Assembly: GCF_006345805.1 (NCBI RefSeq)
Contig: NC_043004.1
Location: 5,270,001-5,334,000, forward strand
Source: Octopus sinensis
Taxonomy: Eukaryota
Length of the DNA stretch: 64,000 bases
Direction: 5' to 3'
Both the position numbers and the translations under genes were made by a program. This document shows, in pieces, positions 1 through 10,139 of the stretch. The notes below the pieces were generated by a model, which was given only the letters and a program-made list of their open reading frames with translations, was not told the DNA's origin and ran no database searches. Each line of letters begins with the position of its first letter. Position 1 is the first letter of the stretch.

Positions 1-1513
1 TTTATATACGGAACTCATTTCAGAATCGAAAATGACCATAAACCGTTGAAGCAAATATTCAAAAAATCGATCACTATATGCCCCCCCCAGAATCCAAAGA
101 TTTCTACTAACATTACAAAGATATGATTTTGACCTAAACCACATACCTGGTAAAGAATCAATTGTTGCAGATACCCTATCACGTGCATACCTTGAGCAAA
201 ATACTCCAGAAGTATCAGACGAAGATATGAAATCGCACATTCATGCAGTAATAAAAAATTACCCCATAACCGACACTAAATTAAAAGAGTATAAAGAAGC
301 CACTGCAGACGACCCGTCTCTACAGACACTCGTCACATATACAAGAACAGAATGGCCCCCAAAAGACAAAATACCAATAAACATCAAACCATTCGTATCC
401 GTTCGTGATGAAATATCAATCGTCAATGGTCTCGTTCTAAAAGGTTCAAGAATAATTGTACCTAAGTCATTACGTAGAGAAGCTCTACAGGAAATACATA
501 CCGGACACATGGGTATCGAAAAATGCATAGAGAGAGCGAAGGAATGTATATACTGGCCCGGCATTAACGCTCAAATCAAAGACATGATTAACACATGCTC
601 ATACTGCATTGACTACAAAAATCAACAAGCAGCCGAACCACTAATAAATCATGAAATACCTACTACACCATGGACCAAAGTGGGTACAGACGTATTTCAC
701 CTGTCTGGAAATTCGTATGTCACAATTATTGACTATACAACAAGATTTTTTGATCTACACAAAATAAATGATTGCCAGTCAAAAACCGTAATCAAAAAAT
801 TAAAAGAAACTTTTGCTAAATTCGGAATTCCGCAAACAGTTGTAAGTGACAACGGTCCAGAATTCAATTCGGCTGAATTAAAAAAATTTGCAAAAAATTG
901 GCATTTTCATCACACGAAGACAAGCCCGCATTATCATCAAGCGAATGGCATGGTTGAGAGAAATATACAGACAATAAAAAAGACGCTAAAAAAGGCATTC
1001 AAAAGTGACGAAGAACCTCAGTTAGCGCTCTTAGCATTACGCACGACTAAATTACAAAATGGTGCACCATCCCCTGCAAATCAAATAATGAATAGAACAT
1101 TGCGAACAAATCTCCCAAACATACTACACGACAAAATTGGTATCAGGCCTCACGAAAAGAAGAAATCAAACATTACAACAGAACTCCCAGAGTTAAAACC
1201 ACACGACACGGTTAGAATTAAGTTTAACAACAATTGGTTTAGAAGGGGCAAAATAATTAAAAAACTAGAGCAACCTCGTTCATACTTAGTAATAACAGAG
1301 GAAGGAAATACAGTCAAACGAAATAGACAACATATTCTTAAAACAAACGAACACGTTCGCATAACAGAAGAATTAGATTATGAAAATATATTTCCAAAGT
1401 CAACAAACACGCATGAAAAAACAAAAACAGCACAACTACAGAATTCAACACTACAAAATAATAAAACCACAAAAAGTGGACGACGAATAATTATTCCCTG
1501 TAGATACAGATGA
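1..1513 (+). mobile_element. Ty3/Gypsy LTR retrotransposon pol 3' part (RNase H C-terminus, integrase); +1 frameshift in a C8 run at 81-88
   Basis: Frame 1 gives IENDHKPLKQIF (RNase H D-H-K-P-L motif); after the C8 run frame 2 gives RIQRFLLTLQRYDFDLNHIPGKESIVADTLSRA and continues into the 428-aa ORF. That ORF has the HHCC zinc finger (H-TGH-MG...C-SY-C), DDE residues (TIIDY, VSDNGPEF, GMVER) and a TKSGRR-type tail. Confidence 0.95.
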
Positions 1514-1516
1514 TAT

Positions 1517-1547
1517 AAAAAAAATTAAAAAAAAAAAAAAAGGAAGA
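1517..1547 (+). other. Polypurine tract of the Gypsy element
   Basis: A-rich purine run ending AGGAAGA immediately 5' of the TGT that starts the LTR. Confidence 0.8.
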
Positions 1548-1779
1548 TGTTATATAATCATCACAACAAACATGAACAATCAACGTCGCCCATTGTCTCC
1601 CTTGATAAAAGGACTTTCACTTTGTTTCCCGCCAAAACAATTAACTTGTACAACAACGGCAGTCGAATAAAGTATCTTGTATCGTTAACACGTTGTTTCA
1701 GTCTCTCTCATTTTCTTAATCTTTCATACTAAGTACTCACTACTTCCTTTAATACTCAATACATTACATATATATAACA
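1548..1779 (+). repeat. 3' LTR (232 bp) of the Gypsy element
   Basis: Begins TGTTATATA right after the PPT and ends TATATAACA (perfect 9-bp terminal inverted repeat, TG...CA); internal AATAAA near 1666. Confidence 0.85.
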
Positions 1780-2869
1780 ACAACAGGTACCATCCTGGTT
1801 TTATTTGTGCTTTTCTCTGTTTATTGTTCCATTTTTTAAAATCCTAAAACAAAGAGTATTAGCTTCAACTGGCAATTTAGTAAAATCCAAAAAATGTGTA
1901 TATATATTAATATAATAATTCATAAAATTCCAGATGTCGATTAGTAATTCATGAAACTCTAAATGTCAAATGAAATGACATACATATATCAATCTAAATA
2001 ATTTGGAAGAATTATTTCAAACGTTGGCAAAGTATGAGCTCTACTGAAAAGGAATTATGTAACAACGATATTATCAATGATGCTTGACTTTTATTACCAA
2101 TGAAAATTTTCGGCTGTAACCGGCTTTACTACCCGTCGTTTTCGATGATTTTTTATCTTATCGATCGCATAGTAAAAATAATTTATCCAATCTATCTGCA
2201 ATCGTTTGAATTTCCGTTCTTGTCCGAAATGTTTTATCTTAATCTGCAACAACTTAAAATGAAACTTAATTGTTTCAACTTCCCTTAGTTGTCATTATTC
2301 ATTTGTCAAAATGGTTATGGCGGCTGCCCTTCTTTTGCTAATTACCAACAGACGGCCGTAACCTGAAGAAAATTGGTCCAACCATTTTCGAGTGTTTAAT
2401 TTCCGGTGAAAAGTCTTTCTATAATTGTAATATTTTTAACCAATCCGCTTTGGGTTTATACTTAAGGTTTATCATTCATTATCATGTAGCATTGTTAGAA
2501 CGTCTATTTTTATGATATAAACAGAGAACCGAAGTTCATTCAGCTCATTGATTTCATTTTTGCTCGATGCTAATTATACTTAGTTTTGCAGGAAATAATA
2601 TCAATGAAACATAGTATACTACTGCATTTATATGCATATTAATAAAGGGATTATTTAATGAATGCTTATAACGGCCTGCAGAGGCGAGACGACCGACAGG
2701 ATAACGTACTGAATTGTCTGCATGTGTATTATGTTATCCAGTTTCTTCTATCACAATAACTTTTCCATTTAAAATGTATTAAAAGGATATAAATCTATCA
2801 CCAGTACTTGACTAGTACTTTATTTTATTATAGTCTGCGTAGCAAGGGGGCAGTCCACCTGGGCGACGC

Positions 2870-3295
2870 TTTTAACCTGAACCTAGACATCATTGAATAC
2901 AGGACTCCATGGAAGATCGTAGTAGAAATCTACAAACATTTCTGACATGCGCCATAGATCTTAGATCCTATTGAGGTGGGATACAGAGAGTTTGCAGGCC
3001 AGTCCGTTTGTAAATCTTACAGTATACTTAGTAGGATAGGGACCAGTAAGTGGAAAGCCATCAAGCTGGCTGTGGAGACAGCAAAGATGCCTCAAGATGG
3101 TTGTGGGCGAGGAGGTGCAAGCCCTGGAAGGGGAAGTGTTACCAGGAGTAGTGCTAGCAGGACACAAGGTGGTGCTTGCTGAAATCGGTTGAGTCGTGGG
3201 GGTGTCTGATGTTGAAAAGTCCTGAAACACCTAATGAGCCCAGGAAACATCACTGACGATATGTCCAGGGGCATCACAGGATGATCTATGGAACA
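2870..3295 (+). mobile_element. Decayed 3' end of a restriction-like-endonuclease non-LTR retrotransposon (Hero-like)
   Basis: Translates to PIEVGYREFAGQSVCKSYSIL...AIKLAVETAK then, across a frameshift, ASRWLWARR. This matches the PIEVGCRGF...ASRWLW signature I recall for Hero-type RLE LINEs. Confidence 0.7.
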
Positions 3296-3620
3296 ACTTG
3301 TTAGTAAAAAAAAATGCGTTTTGGTTCCTTTTCTTTATTCAAGATCACAAAATAATGTTTGATCTTGACAGGCTGCTTCCTCTCAAATGCCTGGTTCTTA
3401 AAACAATCATGAAAAAAAAAAAAGAAAAGAAAAAGAAAATTGGGCTGCTAGTTTATTACAGCAAATGTGTGACATATTTTTCAAACAAAATAAGACCCTT
3501 AATAAAATATACCATTTTCGTATTCGTCTTGTGGCAATGTTACAACAAATCGGGCTAATCATTGCATTATTTCCCTCTCCAAATGTAAATTAAATCTTTT
3601 TCATTACAAGAAATGTGTTA

Positions 3621-4040
3621 TAGTAAAGATTGTTTGCCAACATAACATGGCAGTCCTATGTTGCTGTAATTTAGCCCCGGGAGACATCGTCTCCAGTTGG
3701 TTATACGACACAATTTGTGTCATTTTCGAACAAGGGAATCTAGCACCCCCACTCAGTTCAAAACAATATCTGTGTATCGCGATTTCTGGGTTATTTCTCT
3801 TCATCAGCATAGAATAATTGTTCGGCCAGAGGTGGCGCTGCCAAATTCCCGTTTGAAAATATACGGACACAGATCGTGTCCTATAACCAGCTGGAGACGA
3901 TGTCCCCTGGGGGTAAATTACAGCAACATTAGTCCTAAAACTAGGACTGCCATGTTATGTTGGCAAACAATCTTTACTACAAGGTACTGTTGCTGAATAT
4001 CTCACGTTGTGAGATTTAAAAATAGTAATTTTCTAAGAAA
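3621..4040. mobile_element. Foldback repeat (Penelope-like), inverted arms about 3621-3722 and 3866-3979
   Basis: TAGTAAAGATTGTTTGCCAACATAACATGGCAGTCC... is mirrored by ...GGACTGCCATGTTATGTTGGCAAACAATCTTTACTA. The same family occurs at 15513-15811, with a diverged piece at about 6225-6330. Confidence 0.8.
3769..3813 (-). ncRNA. Minimal type-I hammerhead ribozyme-like motif
   Basis: Minus strand: UCUAUG-CUGAUGA-A-GAG-AAAUAA-CCC-A-GAAA-UCGCGA-UA-CACAGA. Stem I 5/6 pairs, stem II has one mismatch, stem III is the palindrome AUCGCGAU, cleavage triplet AUA. Confidence 0.6.
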
Positions 4041-5063
4041 TGTGTTGTTAAAATTCTTACTAAAATGGTAACACTCTATCTCGAAGGAGACCCTGTGCTC
4101 ATTACAGAACATTCTAATGCAAAATCAATGACAAAATATTACGTTGAAGAAGCAATCTTCGTATAGTTTCAATATTTTCTACGTACTAAAAGTAAGTGTT
4201 TTGATATCTTATTTCGAATGATTTGTTCTGCTCAACCAGCTTAGGAATTTCTTCAGCGATTTTTGCCATAAACTGTGCAACCTATGTGTGCAAAGATTGT
4301 TGAATTATGTATAGGAAAAAAATGTTTTCTGTTGAGAATATCCGTAAAATACTTTATGACTGCCGAATATGCTCCGAATCTAAATCCATTCCTCAACTGC
4401 AAGACACCTGTTTCTGTTTCTCTATCATACTTTAACCTCTCATCACCTGCCACAAAACTACGCCCTTCAATACTACTCCCCACTTAGATTGAGGGGTCTT
4501 ATCTTGCGAGTTACTTGGTGACCTTACTGGTACCGATGTCACGTAAAACTCACCTAGCACACGCTGCATAGTGGTTAGCATTAGGAAGGGCATCAACCGA
4601 AGAAAGCATACCAAACAGACAGTAGAGCTTGGCGCAGTCCTCTGGCTCGTTGGTTCCTGTCGAAACGTTCAACTCATGCCAGCATGGAAAACAGATGTTA
4701 AATGGTGACTTCTGTATAGATCCTACAAAATGCAACGCGATTTCATTGGATTTTTTTTGGATCTAAACAGTTATTATTTCGAAACTGTTGACTGATGTTG
4801 TAAATAATTACTTTCTCTTCTTGGAACTCCCGGCGCTATCCAAGATTATAAAGGAGCTCAATTCATGAGGAAATTCGAACTTTTCTAAAACAAGAATTGT
4901 GCAATGCAAAACCTCTTCATACAATCCAATAAAACAGTGTGAAAGTTAGAATTGTTAGCTTAGAAGTCTTACAATCTTCCAGAATCTACTTGAGATTTCT
5001 TTCAACTACTACTAATGCTCCCTACCATTATTTATTATTATTTCTTTATATCCAATTTTCAAG

Positions 5064-5211
5064 CTGACATCTCTCTACCTTCTTGGCTCATTTGTTTTGG
5101 CCCTGTCGAAACATATCTACTACATATGTGGAAAATCGGTGTGTGTTTGTTTGTGGCGTTGTTAGTTAACTCCTCCTACATCATTTTATTGATTTTGATG
5201 AAACTTGACAC
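5064..5211 (+). CDS. Candidate exon encoding a hydrophobic signal/TM-like segment (MWKIGVCLFVALLVNSSYIILLILMKLD)
   Basis: Pyrimidine-rich tract ending AAG before it, GTGAGT donor at 5212, frame open across the interval, in-frame ATG at 5126. No homolog recognised. Confidence 0.25.
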
Positions 5212-5289
5212 GTGAGTAGAACTTACGTCTGGAATCCTCGTGACATACCTAGATTGTTGAAAACTCGATAATACAAACCCTGGAAGGGA

Positions 5290-5641
5290 TCTTTATATCT
5301 ACCTCATATAGCTATTTTTAAACACACAAGGGAAATAACCCATGGCACCTGCACAATATTTTTTAAACACTCAACGGAGATAACTCATAGCATCTGCACT
5401 TTATTTGAATTCTTACTATCGGGTAATTAATTTCATGTTATTACATAACTGACTTCACAATTTGGATATTCATAACTTATTGGGAATTCCTAAAAATAAG
5501 ATCCTGTGTAGGACAGTTCGGTATTCTCTGTAAATGCACAAAAACTTTGTATTGTTGTTACTGGATTAGCGAAGCAATTAGGAGAACGGAACCAAGGTTC
5601 AAGTCCCGCTTTCTCGGGAATTACCGGGTACGTCAGCTAGT
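5290..5641 (-). mobile_element. Possible non-autonomous Helitron/Helentron-like fragment
   Basis: Minus strand begins ACTAGCTGACGTACCCGG, similar in style to the ACTAGCAG terminus of the 8879-9277 element. Confidence 0.3.
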
Positions 5642-6123
5642 GTATGCATATGCAAAAATGATCTCACGATAGATGCTGAATTACTGGAATCTAACAAGTT
5701 CGTCTGTATTCGAAAAAATAATGGAGTAAACACTGTCTCACTTCGTGATTTGTCACGGTATCTGAAATCTCAGGACGAAAGAGTAAAGCTTGTGGAGTCG
5801 GACTTAGCAATGGCTGACTCAGTTTCCTGTTCTCAGGAACATTGCACGTTCTCATTCTTCGCTCCACGATAATAGTTTCTCAAGAGTCTAGGCTCTTTCA
5901 ATAGCAGAGATAGTAAAATTATTTCCCCCGGTTTTGCTGTGCTTATCACTCTTATTCATGTACTTTGTCATTCAAAGAAAACTATCAAACCACTTGAAAG
6001 ATTTAAGTTATGTGTTAAGTTGTTTTAACATAAATTTAATTTCAGATTGAAATTTCATTATTAGTGCTATTCTTGCTAATTTTATAATCTTACAGTTTAT
6101 CTCATCCCTAGTCGGTGATTGTC

Positions 6124-6166
6124 ACGCGCTGATGACGGGTTACCACTCAGAAACCCGGGTCCGTGT
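6124..6166 (+). ncRNA. Minimal type-I hammerhead ribozyme-like motif (best preserved copy)
   Basis: ACGCG-CUGAUGA-C-GGGU-UACC-ACUC-A-GAAA-CCCGG-GUC-CGUGU. Five-bp stem I, 4-bp stem II, palindromic ACCCGGGU stem III, canonical GUC triplet (predicted cut after 6161). The 10.1-11.1 pair is a C-A mismatch. Confidence 0.7.
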
Positions 6167-6619
6167 ATATCACGTCAGGCTAGAAATGGGAACGATGATT
6201 TCCCTTTGCAAATACTAATCAGACACAGACAGTATGTCATTAGTCAGCTGGAGGAGATGTCTTCCTGGGGCTATAAACTACAGTAGTATCGTCCCATATG
6301 GGTCAGCCACATTTAGGTGGCAAATATGTTTCAATGTTTTCTTCTAGTTTTTCGTAAAAGAAAATGAGCAGGCGGTGTTTTGTTTTATGATCCAGAAAGC
6401 GAAACTGCTGAAGTCAATAGTGGTCTTTCGTTTCTTTGAAACGAAATAGTGATATAACAAGGAAGGTTTATTTCTATGTCTTCGAACATTATTTATTTGT
6501 TACATTAACAGGAAAGGTGTTCATGCAATACAATTAACGGAAACAATAAGACGAAACAGCTTAATATGATACGTAGGGAAAGTCTCTGTTAGCAACTCCA
6601 CACGCAAGCAATTTTGTTT

Positions 6620-6736
6620 TCATATACAAAGCAAATATTCAGGTGCCGTGACGTGTCTTCTTCGATTATCCTCAGTTGAATATGCAGCTGTGAGAACAGC
6701 TATTAGGAGAGCGTAACATAACGCGATCCAAAACAT
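6620..6736 (-). CDS. Candidate 38-aa ORF with signal-peptide-like N-terminus (MFWIALCYALLIAVLTAAYSTEDNRRRHVTAPEYLLCI)
   Basis: Hand-translated and below the ORF-track cutoff. Long hydrophobic stretch, A-Y-S cleavage-like site, then RRR; lies downstream of a CCAAT/E-box cluster on the same strand. Confidence 0.3.
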   Translation of the reverse strand: MFWIALCYALLIAVLTAAYSTEDNRRRHVTAPEYLLCI

Positions 6737-6759
6737 TCTGAATTGGCGAAAGTGGACAA

Positions 6760-6890
6760 CGTCATGGCGGCTCGGACGTCTCGACAGTCTGCGAAAGTGA
6801 CAGCTAATTTGATTATATTTGTAGGTCCCGATACGGAAGGTCGTAGTTGAACCACTGAACTATCACGTGAACAACGGCCGTTCATTGGAT
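6760..6890. promoter_or_regulatory. CpG-rich promoter-like motif cluster
   Basis: CATGGCGGC (YY1-like) 6763-6771, TCACGTGA E-box 6863-6870, ATTGG (CCAAT on minus) 6884-6888, with visibly high CpG density. Confidence 0.35.
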
Positions 6891-7106
6891 AAAATCTCGG
6901 TTGCGCAATGTTCAAACCATGACTGAACTGTGGCTTGAGATTCGTATGTGGCAAAATGCGGGGTTGAATCCAATTGCTATAGAGATATAAATCTGAAGTA
7001 GCAAAAGGGTGGCTGTAAAACCTTATTTTACATAAACTACTAGCGATTTATTTATAATTTGAAAAAAATAATGAACTAAAATTAACAGAATGATACCATC
7101 GAAGAT

Positions 7107-7191
7107 ATTTAGCAGACGATGAAATTTAGCGGGCGATGAAATTTAGCAGACGATGAAATTTAGCAGGCGATGAAATTTAGCAGACGATGAA
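7107..7191. repeat. 17-bp minisatellite, 5 units (ATTTAGCAGACGATGAA and variants)
   Basis: Units at 7107, 7124, 7141, 7158 and 7175; units 1, 3 and 5 are identical, units 2 and 4 carry GGG/AGG variants. Confidence 0.95.
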
Positions 7192-8183
7192 ATATAGTCA
7201 ATCTGTACAGGACGGTCAATATACCACATAACACACGTATCATTAAAATAGTTATTCCAGTTAAATATTGTTTCTCTGCTGACATCAACCTTCATAACAA
7301 ACTGATGACTGCATACAAGCATTTCCAAGTTTTTCTACTATAGCCCCGTGAATGCTTTGTGCATGAATTCGGTAGATGGAAGCTGAAAGAAGCCCATTAT
7401 GTATATATGTGTGTTTGTTCTACACCACTACTTGACAACCAGTGTTGGTTTGTTTACGCCCTTGTCAATTAGCATTCCAACAAAAGAATAAGTACTAAAC
7501 TTTGAAAAAAGTACTGAGAATCGATTTCTTCAACTAACCTCTTCAAGTTGTGGTGCACCTGAGCACTGTATACAATAATTTCATTATTATTTTTTTAAGG
7601 CAGTAACCCAGTATAGCCGCAATCCAATAACTGAAACTAAAAGATAAAAGATAATAATAATCGCTTAGAATAGTGATGTCTAATGCATCTAATGAATGAC
7701 GAAAACACATAATCTTTGTGAAAATGTCAGGTGAATTCTTGGAAATATATTGAGAAGAAATTATCTGAAGTTCCACCCATGGTGTACAATTGCTTTTGTA
7801 TTCTTATATAACGTTGCAACGTTGATATCGACGAAAACTAACACTGGGGAAATTTTTCAGTTTTACTTTATCACCAATTGTTAATGATTAATAAGATTTT
7901 TCTTTCACTAGAATTTACTCTATTTCCTTTCATTTTGTTTCCCATTGCTGTCCGCTATTACATGTTCATAAATCGAAATATCGACCTTCTTATTTATCAC
8001 CATTACAAAGACAACCGGAAATCCTCGTTTATTGCTATCTCATCTTTGAAGATAATGTTAAACACTTCGTACAGACTAGGTTACGATCAGTTGTTTTATG
8101 CTCATCAGAAGCAATACATTGTTCCATTCAAATACTGGAATATGTCCAAGAAAGAATTAAGTAAAAGAAGGTAAAACAATATT

Positions 8184-8598
8184 TATTTCTTTATTGCCCA
8201 CAAGGGGCTAAACATAGAGGGGACAAACAAAGACAGACAAAGGGAATAATTCGATAACACCGACCTCAGTGTGTAACTGGTACTTATTTAATCGACCCCG
8301 AAAGGATGAAAGGCAAAGTCGACCTCGGCGGAATTTGGACACAACGTAACGGCAGACGAAATACCTATTTCTTTACTACCCACATGGGGTTAAACACAGA
8401 GGGGACAAACAAGGACAGACAAACGTATTAAGTCGATTACATCGACCCCAGTGCGTAACTGGTACTTAATTTATCGACCCCGAAAGGATGAAAAGCAAAG
8501 TCGACCTCGGCAGAATTTGAACTCAGAACGTAACGGCAGACGAAATACGGCCACGCATTTCGCCCGGCGTGCTAACGTTTCTGCCAGCTCACCGCCCT
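8184..8598 (-). mobile_element. Dimeric tRNA-headed SINE (family A) with 16-bp target-site duplication
   Basis: A full monomer plus a 5'-truncated monomer, flanked by AAGGTAAAACAATATT at 8168-8183 and 8599-8614; CpGs intact. Other family A copies at about 21864-22068, 25751-25964, 28305-28500, 28770-28925, 29535-29905, 31088-31460, 41535-41740, 45190-45550, 46605-46760, 48218-48575, 49715-50160, 57640-58040 and 59655-59865. Confidence 0.9.
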
Positions 8599-8878
8599 AA
8601 GGTAAAACAATATTGAAATATAAGAAACATTACATAGATCAAAATACGTATTAGTTTTTCATAGATTATAATTCTATGTATAACATTATATACAGCAAAC
8701 CACTGACAGGAAATTTTGACCAATCAAACACTCTTTTTAGGGAATTTAACATTTTCATAATTAGCATGCACGTGAGATCCTCTTGGTACAATCAATTGTC
8801 TTAGTACGTACGTACAGACATAGAGGAAAAAGAGGTGCTGGATGCGAACCAAACGGAAGTTATGTTAGATTTATCAAT

Positions 8879-9277
8879 AACTAGCAGTAAAGCCCTGCGT
8901 CGCGCGGGCTTGTTTTCTTTTTCTACCCTTTAAAATTGGAATTTTTGAATAGTAAAGATTTTGCACCATGTAGCTTGTTATTCTCTTTAAGTGAACATTT
9001 TTCTGGTTGAAATACACCGAAAAATGGCGACACAGCAGTCAAAAAATCGTTAAAAAATAAGGATTTTCATAGAAAAAAAGCACCTTTTTGATGTAAATAA
9101 TTTTTGGTGTTAACATGGTCCGATTTGAATTTTTTCTTCTACGGAAGGAAGAGCAAGCCTTCTTCTATCATACTCTCAATTTTGGCCAACTTGCGCCGCA
9201 GGGTCTCGGAGGAGTTAGTGTTAGTTGAAGGCTACCAAACCTGCCATACACAGACAGCTTCAGCTTTATATATATAT
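8879..9277 (+). mobile_element. Non-autonomous Helitron/Helentron-like element
   Basis: Starts ACTAGCAG followed by a short GC-rich hairpin (GCCC...GGGC) and ends in CAGACAGCTTCAGCTT(TA)n. Architecture resembles HINE/DINE-type elements; classification from memory. Confidence 0.55.
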
Positions 9278-9591
9278 GTTATTAGAGCGATTATTTAAAA
9301 TTTTCAGTTTTCACGTAAAAAAAGCAATGAAAATAAAGAAAAGCTAAAGACAAAATTAAAAACTGATAATATGCCCCATTTAAATAAAAACCGAGAACTT
9401 CCAAATATTATTTTAAAAGATTTAATTATTAAAGTACAAGATCAATACTGTACTGAAAAAGTAAAGATAAAGTTGCAATAATGCATTTTCGCACCTTTCA
9501 GAGAGTTCACACACACACACACACTGGATCGAATAAAATCGATAACTTTATAGCAATAAAATATAGTCAGATTCTTAAAAAAATAAATTAC

Positions 9592-9728
9592 CAACTTATC
9601 CACATGGTTTTCCAATCTTCTTCAGGAGTAAAACACACATTATACAAATTCTTTGTTAGTGTACGAATGTCATTTCTATATTCAAGGAGTATAAGTTTGA
9701 AAGCAGAGGCAACGGAGAGGAGGTCCAT
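9592..9728 (-). CDS. Candidate coding exon (MDLLSVASAFKLILLEYRNDIRTLTKNLYNVCFTPEEDWKTMWIS) of a minus-strand gene
   Basis: 45 open codons from an ATG to a GTAATT donor at 9591; possible TATAG acceptor just upstream; product unknown. Confidence 0.3.
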
Positions 9729-9863
9729 CTCTATACGGTTTAAATGTCACGTCCTCAATATCCAAGTGGCTAAAAAATGCCAGTAGAAGGACACCCAGGA
9801 GTCATGACCTGGATGTTGCCCGGCCTCCTTAGAACGTAAGAAGTTAAGGGCCGAAGCACTTAC

Positions 9864-10012
9864 CTGATGGGCTTTCGTCTCTGAAGACCTTTTGTTGTTC
9901 AGCTCTCCCGAGACATTCTTACCAACTACCACAAAAGATTATTTAAATTTCTAAGATCGTTAAATGATTGTTAACCCATTTTTCCTCACCACTTACTGTA
10001 GAAAGCAGTCAT
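9864..10012 (-). CDS. Candidate first two exons of a minus-strand transcript (10012-9997 and 9925-9864; MTAFY/IGKNVSGELNNKRSSETKAHQ), possibly 5'UTR with a uORF
   Basis: Two strong GTAAGT donors (9996 and 9863), a 71-nt intron with TTTTGTGGTAG acceptor, and a frame that stays open across the junction. Confidence 0.4.
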
Positions 10013-10139
10013 GTGAATGAATAGTAGTGACCTTAAATATCAATGTTACAATAAAAGCCTGTCTATTCGTATGTACATTAAATATCAATGCTACAATAAA
10101 TGTATTGATGGTTAAAGCGTCTAGAAAGAAGTCTAGGTT

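Noticed and set aside
2311-2357. Possible first exon MVMAAALLLLITNRR with YY1-like ATGGCGG
   Set aside because: Weak donor (GTAACC), immediate stop if unspliced, and no compatible downstream exon identified.
3826-3841. GGCCAGAGGTGGCGCTG as a CTCF site
   Set aside because: One base short of the core consensus spacing and embedded in a repeat.
7107-7191. Regularly spaced short repeats as a possible CRISPR array (also 26426-26659)
   Set aside because: Units are contiguous with no unique spacers, there are no cas genes, and the context is eukaryotic.
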